A DNA stretch of 64,000 nucleotides from Octopus sinensis (GCF_006345805.1 NC_043011.1:35290464-35354463); one strand, 5' to 3'. Positions 40,892-53,715 are shown, counted from the stretch's first letter. Translations and numbers: made by a program. Notes: generated from the letters alone by a model not told the origin.

Positions 40892-41274
40892 GTGGAGGCG
40901 CAATGGCCCAGTGGTTAGGGCAGCGGACTCGCGGTCGTAGGATCGCGGTTTCGATTCCCAGACCGGGCATTGTGAGTGTTTATTGAGCGAAAACACCTAA
41001 AGCTCGACGAGGCTCCGGCAGGGGATGGTGGTGATCCCTGCTGTACTCTTTCACCACAACTTTCTCTCACTCTTACTTCCTGTTTCTGTTGTACCTGTAT
41101 TTCAAAGAGCCGGCCTTGTCACTCTCTGTGTCACGCTGACTATCCCCCGAGAACTACGTTAAGGGTACACGTGTCTGTGAAGTGCTCAGCCACTTACACG
41201 TTAATTTCACGAGCAGGCTGTTCCGTTGATCGGATCAACCGGAACCCTCGTCGTCGTAACCGACGGAGTGCTTC
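40892..41274 (+). mobile_element. SINE family C, full length
   Basis: Inverted near-identical partner of 38475-38856. Confidence 0.9.
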
Positions 41275-41693
41275 AAAAAAAAATATTACAAAAACTTTCA
41301 GTAAGTAAAGCAATTAATTCTGCTGTTTATAAGATGATTATTTTCTAAGATATTCGTTGATATACAATTTTGAAATTTCTTTAATGAAAAATTCCTTATC
41401 GAAAATAAAAAATAATTCACTTAAACTTATCATTAACCACTTTGTTTATGTATGAAGGAGTTTGGACTCAGGTATTTCACAGGAGTGATATGTTAATTTA
41501 GACAATTATTATTATTATTAAAAATACTTTCCTTTGACACTAATCATCTGCCACAAATATTACTGACATACATACACGTATTCACAAATGTTAGAACATT
41601 TATATGGTTGCTCGACCTGCTAGAAACAGCAGGCAAGTAGCCTCCAAATCAAGCAGGAAGACATATCATACAAATGAAGATAGAGCCACAACA

Positions 41694-41740
<47 letters not shown>

Positions 41741-41751
41741 ACAAATACGAT

Positions 41752-41787
<36 letters not shown>

Positions 41788-41826
41788 ATAAATACGATGA
41801 TATATATATATACCATAAATACGATG

Positions 41827-41884
<58 letters not shown>

Positions 41885-41901
41885 ATATGTATATGTACAT
41901 A

Positions 41902-42279
41902 TCAGGACAATGCGCGATCCCACACTGCAAAGATCACATCACAGAAGATCGAAGAGCTTGGTTGGGAAAGAAATTCTTCATCCACCTTATTCTCCCGACC
42001 TTGCTCCTTCAGACTACCGTTTGTTTCGTACTTTACAAAATCAATTGGGGGACATAACTTTCGCAAACCAGGAGGAGGTCGAAACTGACATTTCAGAGTT
42101 CTTCGCTTTGAAACCAAAAGAGCTTTACATTAATGGGATTAAAAAGCTTGTAAATAAATGGAAGGAAGTCATAGATAATCATGGAAAGTACATTGGCAGA
42201 TTAAATTTGAATTAAATATAACATTTGCTCGCTTGTTTTCTTTATTCAAAATTCGGACAGAACTTATGGGATGACCTGA
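41902..42279 (+). mobile_element. Mariner 3' fragment with TIR
   Basis: QDNARSH...HPPYSPDLAPSDYRLF...GIKKLVNKWKEVIDNHGKY and TIR gaacttatgggatgacctga|TA. Same family as 63841-64000. Confidence 0.9.
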
Positions 42280-42295
42280 TATATATATATATATA

Positions 42296-42590
42296 TAATA
42301 TTAATTAGAGACAAAACCACTATTATGCAAATCAAACAAAGAAAGACTTAATCCAATACATAAAAAATTTTATATAAATTAAATAAAATTAAGATATCTT
42401 AATTTTATTTAATTTATATAAAAATTTTTATGTATTGGATTAAGTCTTTCTTTGTTGGATTTGCATAATAGTGGTTTTGTCTCTAATTAATATTATATTA
42501 TATTTTACTATAAAATTGGATTCAACCCTAAATCTGATTTTTCCCTGTAAATTTGGATTTATTCCCTAATATTTATTATTATTATTATTA
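42296..42590 (+). mobile_element. Loopless ~200-bp palindrome plus conserved tail (fold-back cassette)
   Basis: Centre aagatatctt at 42391-42400. Arms and tail shared with 61921-62300. Confidence 0.8.
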
Positions 42591-42609
42591 TATACATATA
42601 TATATATAT

Positions 42610-42659
<50 letters not shown>

Positions 42660-43020
42660 TATACATGCATACTTCATATGTGTGTGTGTGCGCGTGTGTG
42701 TATAATAAATTAATTAAAGAATATATTAACGTCTTAAAGAGATGATTACATCAAAGAAAACACTCGTTGTTTACCGAATATTTTTGGAAAATAAAATTTC
42801 CCCTAAATCAATAGGTATATATTATGCATATAATCCATATTCAACATGTAATCTTTTAATATATATCTTTTTTTCCTTGTTAATATTTTGCTCATATTTT
42901 ATAAATGCAAATTTAAAGCAGAAATTTTTAATTTATGTAATGAGCACAAATGGAAGCATCTGTAGGAAGTAAAACTTATCAATTTATTAATAAATAATTA
43001 ACTTTCAACTTTATGGATTT

Positions 43021-43066
<46 letters not shown>

Positions 43067-43374
43067 TATATTATTTATGTATGTATTTATACAAGCATAT
43101 ATGGGTTATATATATATATATATATTATATATATATATATGTGTGTGTGCAGGCATATCTTGAAAAATCTGAAACCGGTCCCGGTCCCACATTATCCCTT
43201 TCTAGTTGTTTCATCTTTCAGATGTTCTCCCTGGAGGTAAGACAATTTTTTTCAAGTGTGTTGCACTCACGCATTTTTGCTAGTACATACGCGGTGAAGC
43301 TATACATCAGCGTCGTATTATTACGTTCGCTATTTTCCAGTAAATATCGGTACTTCGCTGTGCCATATATTTAC

Positions 43375-43409
<35 letters not shown>

Positions 43410-43411
<2 letters not shown>

Positions 43412-44235
43412 GAAAGGGTATCCAGTAGTAACGGGAAACGTTCTCTGGGGACAAACCCATTGTAGTTCAGGGTTCCCCCATTTGATGCGACCCTTAGACA
43501 CCAGTCTACCGATCGGCGTTGTCAAGTGATGCCGTACTACTACATAGTGTTTCTTTGTTTTGCACTGCTTCTCCCCTGTTCGTCGATTTTTCAAATGGCT
43601 GAAACGAAGGAACAGCATGCTTCCGTGAAACTTTGTTTTCTGCTGGGGGAAAGCGGCGGCCGAAACAGCTGTCATGCTTCAAACAGCTTACAAGGACGCT
43701 TCCATGAGCAAATCACAAGTTTACGAGAGGTTTTCATACTTTAGGAATGGTCACTTGTCGCTTGAGTACAAACCTCGTTCAGAGTGACCGTCGACCTCCT
43801 TAAAATCACGAAAATTCATGAGGCCCGTTGCCGAACAATTGAATAAACTTGTTGATATGGCTGGTGTGTCCTGGAGCTCATGCCAACGAATTTTGAGCGA
43901 GGAATTGCGAATGAAAAGAGTTGCTGCAAAATATGTGCCTCGCTTGCTCACAGAAGATCAAAAGCAGTCACGACTGAATGCAAGTCGTGAACTGCAAGAA
44001 CAGTTGGAAGTTGATCCGGACCTTTTTTCGAAGGTCATCACTGGTGACGAAAGCTGGTGCTACGGAATTTTCAGATGTGGGAAAAGGTGAAGAAAAAGAC
44101 CACGGAAACGTTAAATGGCATCACTTCACAAGAGTTCCAGCATTGCTTCGAATAGGAGAAAACGCGTCTGGACCGATGCATTGCTTCAAATGGAGACTAC
44201 TTTGAAGGAGATAACAGTGTAAACATGTAAAACTA
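43410..44235 (+). mobile_element. Internally deleted mariner (irritans-like)
   Basis: MAETKEQHASVKLCFLLG..., MKRVAAKYVPRLLTEDQK...VITGDESWCY, then jumps to C-terminal RLDRCIASNGDYFEGD. Confidence 0.85.
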
Positions 44236-44486
44236 TATATATATATAGTTATTTACATCGTTCTTTATTTGAAGAACGATGTCAATAACTGTTTAATAAA
44301 ATTTGGACGAGCAAATCTCCGTTCTTTTGATCTTCATTAATTTCATTGTTTTCTCTACAGAAACTATGCAGTCCTTATAAGGGCACTCGGATATACCAAG
44401 TGCGGATTGTCGAATATAGCAAATTTTAACTAACTTGAGTTTCACCAACTCTCACTGTGGCCACCCGGCGATGACGACCCTCGATA

Positions 44487-44523
<37 letters not shown>

Positions 44524-44529
<6 letters not shown>

Positions 44530-44975
44530 AATAAGCAACAAGAATATTTTCGGTAATTTGGTACGATCGTTTCACGCTACATCATTTTATTAAACATTGT
44601 AAGTATTACAACAGTTTTAAAATGTTGAGCAATCATCAGCCATTTATAGAGGTTTTCCATTAATACATATTTTCATATTAATTGATAACATTATAGAGAG
44701 GGTAGATATATATAGACAGAGATGTCTATATTAATGTTATCAATTAATATGAAAATATGTATTAATGGAAAACATCTATAAATGGCTGATGATTGTTCAA
44801 CATTTTAAAACTGTTGTAATACTTACAATATTTAATAAAATGATGTAGCGTGAAACAATCGTACCAAATTACCGAAGATATTCTTGTTGCTTAATTTGAT
44901 TATAACCACCACATGGATTTATATGGATAACACCATAAAAATTCTGGTGCATCTAACTTAAGTACCATATTCATT

Positions 44976-44977
<2 letters not shown>
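44524..44977 (+). mobile_element. Fold-back cassette with ~170-bp arms and a hammerhead core in each arm
   Basis: Arms about 44524-44695 / 44730-44901. tggCTGATGA...GAAAC(a/g)atcGTAcca at 44783-44866 (+) and 44559-44643 (-). Flanked by (TA)n. Confidence 0.8.
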
Positions 44978-45058
<81 letters not shown>

Positions 45059-45200
45059 GAAACAGAACCTCCATAAAGTAATTCAATTAATAATGAAAGA
45101 TGTTATCTATAATAAAATATAAATTTGAATATATTATTATTAATATTGTACTAAAAAGTTCTATACAAAATAATACATTAAAAAATACACATTAAAATGA

Positions 45201-45307
45201 CGACGTACGTTTCATGACAATGTATTCAAATCAACAATATCAAAATCGATAATCTCAAAAATTAATATTTCTTCGATACAACGGTACATAACCACTCTTC
45301 AGGTCTC
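45201..45307 (-). ncRNA. Hammerhead-like core with a long helix II insert in a Penelope-like remnant
   Basis: gagacCTGAAGAgtgg...(~70 nt)...tcatGAAACGTAcgtc, in a (TA)n-flanked block at 45053-45316. Confidence 0.5.
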
Positions 45308-45316
45308 AATAACACA

Positions 45317-45350
<34 letters not shown>

Positions 45351-45840
45351 TTGTATATTTGTCCAGAATCACGCCAGACACGGAGGAGGCGGGAAAATAG
45401 TAATTCAGTGAAGAAGTGGTGAGAATAATAGCCCTGACTGAGATGGAGTGAGAGAAAGTAATAGCAATGAGAAAAAGGAAGGAGTGATAGATGAATAAGG
45501 AAGTAGGGGGGAAAAATCAGAGTTTCAACTCTGTGTGAGTATATGTGTGTATGTGTGTGCGCGTTCAAGAGAAGTATGTGAATGTTTGCATGTGTGTGAT
45601 TATTATGTACCTTATTTGGTACCTTATTTCTATATAAAATGATACAATTAGCCGTCATCATTGATGGCACGCGGTCAACTAGTGCATATATGAATATATA
45701 TATATATATACATATATGTACACATGTGTGTACGTGTAGGTGTGTGTATAAACAGTTTGATGGCATTTGTTTCTGTAATGCCGATATGAATCAAGTCATG
45801 AATACAATACTTAATCACAAGATATATGTGTATATATATA

Positions 45841-45898
<58 letters not shown>

Positions 45899-47820
45899 GT
45901 TATATACACAAAACATCTATGCAGTTCCCTAGACGCTTGTATACATATATATGTATGTGCGTGTGTTTTGTCTATTTTTGTCTATTTTTGTGTGCATGCG
46001 GGTGTCTGTATGTACCCCTGTATATGTATGTATTTGTGATCGATACATTTTAATCTCGTAACCGGTATTGATTTGGAGGCGTTACAGAACAATACCAAAC
46101 TGTCGTAGAATGTTTAAGTTTGCCTCATTAATCAACCCCGCCATAATGTTTTCTAAAGGTCAAGAGTGGTTACGGGGGGTAAACCTAACGATCGAGAATT
46201 TCTACATGAAGGTAGTCAATACAACGGCTCTCTACGCGCTGATCTGCGTGCTTTTCCACGGACATAGTTGTTCAAGACACTTATGACTCATTTCTAACTG
46301 CCTGCTGAATGTGGGTAAGATACCTTCTGGCACAGCCGTTTTGGCGCCGCCTATGTGGCGTCGCTGATTCGGCGCTGATGTATTTGACATTAGACTTTTT
46401 TATGTTTCTCTCCTCTCTCAACCCCTCCCTTTTCTCTCTCACTTTTCTTTCTCTCTGTCTGTCTATCTGTCTGTCTTCTCTATTTCTCTCTCGCTCTCTC
46501 TCTCTCTGTTTATGTGTACGAACATATTTCTCGTTATATGTATAAAGTGAAAAAAAGAGTTTACGCCAATCGTATTCAATTGATACAATGTAATGTCTCT
46601 TTTACTCTCTCTCTCTCTCTCTCTCTCTCACCTTCTCTCACTCTTTCAACTTGTATGTGTATATTTCTACGCGAATGTGTGAGTGTGTATAGGTTTGTAT
46701 GTGTGTATGTCTGCATGTGTTTTTGCCATCAGTACCAAAATGTACTGTCGCCAAAATAGGCTGAATGTCCTGTCAGCCGTGTTAAATCACCCGCGTTTAA
46801 ACGGCTGCGTCCAATCGACTAACTCCATGGCGAGTGCGCTGTTTATTTCTGCCAACGTTGACTACACCAATACAAAGCCGGTATTTTAAAAGGGCGATGG
46901 AGAATTATGTGTACTGGAGATATAGAGACTCGGCAGAAGAATGGGACGTGACATTCGGATGTGGCGTGGCAGTCGAGCGTGTTGTCGCGGCAGATACAGC
47001 ATATATCTATACCTGTCTTTCAGTTTCTATTTACCAAATCCGCTTACAAGGCTTTGGTCGGGCCGAGGCTAAAGTAGAAGACACTTGCCCACGTAGCGGG
47101 ACTGAACTCGGAACCCTGTAGCTGAGAAACAAACGTCTTACCACTCAGCCACATCTGCGTTTTATTACCACGACCACGCCAACTTCGCTTAAATCAATCC
47201 TAAGCTGTTGTCGATCACTTCCTCTCCTGTCTATCTTAAAACTAGATCAAACTGATTTAAGCGAAATTGTGGATGTAATTTGTGTTAGCGCTGAGATATA
47301 GATACAGACAATCCAGCATAGCTTTTTTTTAGTCTTCTATTTAAATATTAGCTAAAAAGAATTTTCATGTAACATTATGATAAACTACGTTTTAGCAACA
47401 ATCACAACAACTATAACAATATACTTCGAAACGCGAATAAGTAAGGAAACAAAGCCGACTATATACCACCCGTATATATGAATTATAAGCAATAAACTGA
47501 AGTTTAATATGAAAGAAGTTGTATGCATTATGTGCACTTTTCCATACATGCAATATAAGCCGTCTCTCCACTCGTAATGTAAGATAACGTCCTAACTTAT
47601 GTGAGTATATCAATGCATATGAAAATATGTGGTGTCTTTAATTTCGCTGGATCATATCAAGTAATGGGATGTGAATGGATTAGTAAAAGTTAGGGGCCAT
47701 GCATAATAAAATATTGTCGAAATTTGTCGGTAGTTCTTAACATACAATAAAGTCGGCCACTGCACCTGTAACGCTTGATAACATTCCGACATTTTAGTGC
47801 ATTTATATGTATAAGTAGAT

Positions 47821-48840
47821 CGTGAACCGACAATTCTGCGCATGACAATTCAGCACCGACAATTCCGCGCATGACAATTCAGCACCGACAATCCTTCGCT
47901 GACATTTCCGCGCATGACAATTCAGGGCAAAGATAATTCACTGCATTATATTTATACTCTTTACTCTTTACCCTTTTACTTGTTTCAGTCATGTGACTGT
48001 GGCCATGCTGGAGCGCCACCTTTAGTCAAGAAAATCGACCCCAGGACTTATTCTTTGTAAGCCTAGTACTTATTATATCGGTCTCTTTTGCCAAACCGCT
48101 AAGTTATGGGGACGTAAACACACCACCACCATCATTTGTCAAGCGATGTTGGGAGGACTAACACAGACACACAAACATACACACACATACATATATATGT
48201 ACATATATATGACGGGCTTCTTTCAGTTTCCGTCTACCAAATCCACTCACAAGGCTTTGGTCGGCCCGAGGCTATAGCAGAAGACACTTGCCCAAGGTGC
48301 CACGCAGTGGGACTGAACCCGGAATCATGTGGTTGGTAAGCAAGCTACTTACCACACAATAAATTTTAATTTAATTTATTTTGTTTTCAAAATTTCTAAA
48401 CTTTTCAACTTCGTGACTAAGTGGTTATGTTTTAGATTGTTAACACTAACAACCATTGAATAAGTGGTAGCATTTTCAATTGTTGATATTCCAAAAACTT
48501 TTTTTTTATTTATACGAACATATCATTTCATTACTGTTACTTTGAAAACTTAGGACAGTATTCTTTTTTCCCTTTTTTTAGGATTCCAGTTGGTTACAAA
48601 CATTTACTAATTTAAAAATAAAAAAAAAAACCCTATGGAGCGGATTTAATGAGAGAAAGGGCGCGAACACATTTTGCTAAATATATTTTGCTATCGTTAG
48701 ATTTTGCTATCGTTTAGATAGATAACTTCCAAATGGAAAAGATGCTCTGAATTGCCTTTGCACCGAATTGTCCTTGTGCTAAATTATCCTGCGCGGAATT
48801 GTTGGCGCTGAACTGTCATGCACGGAATTGTCATGGAACC
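47821..48840. mobile_element. Foldback/MULE-like non-autonomous element with 15-bp subrepeat TIRs
   Basis: Left arm is tandem gacaattc.gc.c.. and the right arm is its reverse complement. Flanked by ataagtagat / aaaagtagat (probable 10-bp TSD). Contains a SINE A at 47955-48358. Confidence 0.7.
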
Positions 48841-49047
48841 AAAAGTAGATATGTGATGTATTAAATTTTGCACAATCGTCGCAAGGTGGCATTGAGAAAG
48901 TTTTTGTAAAAGTGGTGATGTATAAGACACTGTGGAAGTTTATAGATAGTTCGATTATGTGTAATAAACTTTTCCACTGCTCCTGTAACCTTACGTGACC
49001 ATCTGATCCGTGCGTGGATGTATATATGCATTTGTAAATATTGTAGT

Positions 49048-49338
49048 CAGTGGCGGACTGGTCAGGTTGCCAGCTTGCGCGATAGCAAGTGGGCCCCTGC
49101 GCCATTAGAATCGATATGTAGGGGCTTATGTTAGTATCTAAAGGGCCCATCCCCTCAAGTTTGAGAATTTTTTATTCACTCCTGAAATAATGCATTAATT
49201 ATTTCAGCCTGGTTGTGTTTGAAGACAGTTGAAAAGAATACTTTTAACAAATAAAAAAATTAAATTATCGCAATGTAGTTGCGGGTGGGCCCCCTTAGTC
49301 TCCTGGCAACCGTTATTCTTAGACCCAGTCCACCACTG
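49048..49338. mobile_element. hAT-type MITE
   Basis: TIR cagtggcggactgg / ccagtccaccactg with a perfect 8-bp TSD attgtagt. Confidence 0.9.
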
Positions 49339-51137
49339 ATTGTAGTGTATTAAATTTTGCAGAACCGTCGCAAAGAGGCGTTAAAAACGTGTTGGTGAAA
49401 GAGAGATAACGACAGTTCAAAAGTTTGATTCTGAGATCTCAATATCACCTCATTTGTGAGATTCACATAAAACGTCACCCGGCATAACTCCAAAAGAATT
49501 TCTATGTCGCTTATTGACCAACTAAAAATAACAGTTAAATCTCCATCTCACACTCTATCGTTTTAAAGAGAGGGATATACTGGATAATGCGTTCTGGGAT
49601 ATTCCATACCATCTGAGCCATACTATGCCAGAAACGAAAAAAATTGGCGATGACTGTAGGACGAAAGAGTTTCGTTATAAGCTTGCTCAATCACATTGAA
49701 GTTCAATACGTTTAATTAATAAACAGCAAAATTGCTTGTTTTACAAACTTAGAGTTTTATAAAATATTTTATCTACCTCAGAAATGCGTACTTTCAAAGT
49801 GGGCAAAGAAACTGCATTGAATAATTCGAAGCAGATATTCTGGTGACGAAGAGACAAAGAGGTAGAACAGGTGCCTTGCTATAACTCAGTAGACTCTATA
49901 ACGTGATTGGTGTTAGGAAGGGCATACAAAACAGACAGTGAAGCCTGGTGCAGTCTTCTGCTTAGCCAGCCCCTGTCAAACCGTCCAAGCCATGCCAGCA
50001 AGGAAAACGGATGTTAAATCTTAAATGATGACATATATGCGTGTGTGTGTGTATGTGAGTGTGTGTTTGTATATACAAGTTGCGACAGAAATAACGCATT
50101 TTTTGCATTTAATAACTATAAAATAACTTTTATAGTATATAAATGTTTATCAAGTAATTTTTTATTGAACACAAATTTATTGCATTACTTAAAGAAACGA
50201 ATAATAAGCTAAGGGGAAAAATCGCAGAAGTTTTAGGAAATTTATTAAGTATTGTTTCATAAAAATAATATGATTCAATATTATAAGGCACAAAAAGAAA
50301 ATGACTCTCCCCAGATACAACAGAAAATCAGTAAACTTTGGCCTTTATATTAAAATTTTGATTCTCTCTTCGAATTTATTTCCACAGTTAAACGGTTAAA
50401 TGTGACAAGTAGAATAATATTGTAATCAGTCTTCACCTTATAAGATCTTTTGTTTTATGTTCTAAATTACTTTTTTATCTTTTACTTGCTTCAGTAATTA
50501 GACTGTGGCCATGCTGGGTCACCGCCTTGAAGAGTTTTAGTCGAACGAATCAACCCAAGATCTTGTTTTTTTAAAGCCTAATACTTATTCTATTGCCGAA
50601 CCGCTAAGTTACAGGGACGTGAACATACCGACACCGGTTGTTCAAGCGGTGGTGGGGAATAAATACAAACATACAAACACGCCTTTACATATAGGTATAG
50701 ATGTACACGTTGGGATTCTTTCAGTTTCTATTTACCAAATCCGCTTACAAGACTTTGATCGGGCCGAGGCTAAAGTAGAAGACACTTGCCCACGTAGCAG
50801 AACTGAACTCGGAACCCTGTAGCTGAGAAGCAAACTTCTTACCACTCAGCCACACCTGCGTTTTATAACCACGACCACGCCAACTTCGCTTAAATCAATC
50901 CTAAGCTGTTGTCGATCACTTCCTCTTCTGTCTATCTTAAAACTAAATCAAACTGATTTAAGCGAAATTGCGGATGTAATTTGTGTTTGCGCCGAGATAT
51001 AGAAAGAATAAAAGGAAATAAAATTAAATATTTTGCTTGGCCTGGCTTAGCAGTTTGTCTTCCATTAAATTAGATGCTCTATTTGCTTCTAAGATCGCAG
51101 TAGCTAATTTGATTGACGAAGGAGCGAAAGTTATTGA

Positions 51138-51520
51138 AGCGGCGAGCTGGCCGAATCGTTAACACGCTGGGCTAAATGCTTAGCGGCATTTCGTCTGCCG
51201 CTACGTTCTGAGTTCAAATTCCGCCGAGGTCGACTTTGCCTTTCATCCTTTCGGGGTCGATTAAACAAGTACCAGTTACGCACTGGGGTCGATATAACCG
51301 ACTTTATCCGTTTGTCTGTCCTTGTTTGTCCTCTCTGTGTTTAGCCCCTTGGGGGTAGTAAAGATATAGGCATTTCGTCTGGTTTCACGTTCTGAGTTCA
51401 AAATCCGCCGTAGTTGACTTTGCTTTTCGTCCTTGATAAAATGAATACCAGTTAAGTACTGGGGTCGATGCAGTCGACCTACCCACTCTCCAAAATTGCT
51501 AGTCTTGTATCAATATTCGA
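51138..51520 (+). mobile_element. SINE family B with duplicated body
   Basis: Head plus 1.5 body units. Confidence 0.85.
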
Positions 51521-53339
51521 ATATATATTGGCATATTTCTCATTGGTACAGAAGATGTGTTGTTGGAATCACTCAAATAGACTTCGGCCATTTTCTCATC
51601 CGATGAGGTTATACTACGGCAATCCGTTGGATACGACGACGAGGGTTCCAGTTGATCCGATCAACGGAACAGCCTGCTCGTGAAATTAACGTGCAAGTGG
51701 CTGAGCACTCCACATACACCGTGTACCCTTAACGTAGCTCTCGGGAAGATTCAGCGTTACACAGAGTGTGACAAGGCTGGCTCTTTGAAATACAGGCACA
51801 ACAGAAACATGAAGAAAGAGAGAAAGTTGTGGTGAAAGAGTAAAGCAGGGTTCGCCACCACCCCCTGCTGGAGCCTCGTGGAGCTTTAAGTGCTTTCGCT
51901 CAATAATCACTCACAATGCCCGGTCTGGGATTCGAAACCGCGATCCTATGGCCGCGAGTCCGCTGCCCTAACCACTGGGCCATTGCGCCTCCACGATGAA
52001 CTAATAAACCTATTCTTCCAAGCTATTATTTATCGCTGTGTTCCCTGCGAGGTACGCCATTCAAATTATATATTTACATACGTCTCTTTGCTTCGATATT
52101 TGTATTTTAATGAATTAGTTGATTTTCTTCTTCACTGCATTAAGTATGACGGCACTAACTTGACTGTTATTTTTAGTGCAGATAGCGTAACTCAGACATT
52201 AAATTAAAATTTATTTGCCGATAAAATAAACTAAATTAAACCGGATTAGACTAGATTAAAACTAAATTAAGACTAAATTACAACTAGATACAAATCTAAA
52301 TTAAAATTAACTACATTAATTGAAAGTGGATAAGAAATTAATTTCTTTAAAAAACGTTTTTTATACAAAATTGAAACTATTAATGAAATCTAATCGAAAT
52401 TCAGTCTAAAAATAAAACTTTAAAATTTCAATCGATATCAAATTTAAGTTGTTTTTTGTTTTCGTAAAAAAAATATTGATTTCTAACATCGGTACAAAGT
52501 TTGGTAAACAAATTGATAAATAAAATTTCTCTCGGCTGGGGTGTAGGAAGAATAATTGAAGAATAATAATTTCTACTATAGGCATGGACCTGAAATTTTG
52601 GGAGAGGGTTTAAGTTGATTATATCGACCCCAGTGCACAACTAGTACTTATTTTAACGAACTCCGAAGGGATGAAAGGTACAGTTGATCTTAGCAGAATT
52701 TGAACTCAGAACGTAAAGACGGAGAAATACCTACTTCTTTACTACCGACAAGGGGCTAAACACAGCGGGGACACACAAGGACAGACAAACAGATTCCGAA
52801 TGGCCTCCGCAGATAGCTGTGGAGGTCATAAGGTTTCCCTTGTGGGAAAGGCTTAAAGGATTTGGGGAGGAGTGTCGCATATGGCCGGGTGGCCCTTACA
52901 CGACTTACATGTCCTACTTGGGTGTGGCATGGGAAATGGCGGGATACAGGAACTCAAGCGGCATTGAAGATAATGATGAGTATCTCGATGGATATATCGA
53001 AGAGTAGGAGGTGAAAGAACCTCGTTACAGGGTTTGAAACCTCACCTTATTGGATTATTTTGTAGTGGTTTATAACCTCAATTTTGTGTTTTAAGAAAGA
53101 AAAGAAAAAAAAAAGAAAATATGTTAAGTAAGTGGTTTTAGTGCCTCCTTCTTGTAAGAGGTTTGAAACCTTATATTGATTTTTATAAAAAAAAGAAAAT
53201 ATGTTTTCGAGAAAAATCCAATCGGCGGGTGTTGGGTTTCGTCTCTCATTTATTCATTATATTTCATTTTCATTCATTAATGTGTTTGTCCAGCCCGCAA
53301 AGCTCTTTGTACTGTCTATATGACAAATTTATGAAATAA

Positions 53340-53715
53340 AGTAGCTTGCTTACCAACCACATGGTATCGGGTTCAGTATCACTGCGTGGATACTTGGGAA
53401 AGTGTCTTCTACTATAATCTCGGGCCAACCAAAGCCTTGTGAGTAGATTTGGTGGACGGAAACTGAAAGAAGCCCGTCGTATATATGTATGTGTATATAT
53501 ATATGTGTGTGTGTTTGTGTGTGTGTGTTTATCCCCCCTAACATCGCCAGACAACCGATGTTGGTGTGTTTACGTCTCTGTAACCTAGCGATTCGGCAAA
53601 AGAGACCGATAGAATAAGTACTAGGCTTACAAAGGGGGGCGATTTGCTCGGCTAAAGGCGGTGCTCCAGCATGGCCGCAGTCAAATGACCGAAACAAGTA
53701 AAAGAGAGTAAAAGC
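53340..53715 (+). mobile_element. SINE family A
   Basis: Matches the family consensus seen in this window. Confidence 0.85.

Noticed and set aside
40892-40965. tRNA genes at SINE heads (also 29522, 38790, 51925, 59703)
   Set aside because: They have A/B boxes but continue into multicopy SINE bodies and lack a clean acceptor stem and terminator.
46800-46900. Promoter-like CCAAT boxes and tttaaaa before an ATG
   Set aside because: Short motifs expected by chance; the downstream frame runs into a SINE and no gene structure follows.
47821-47945. CRISPR-like array
   Set aside because: 15-bp tandem units without unique spacers, mirrored at 48750-48840, in eukaryotic DNA with no cas genes; better explained as foldback TIRs.
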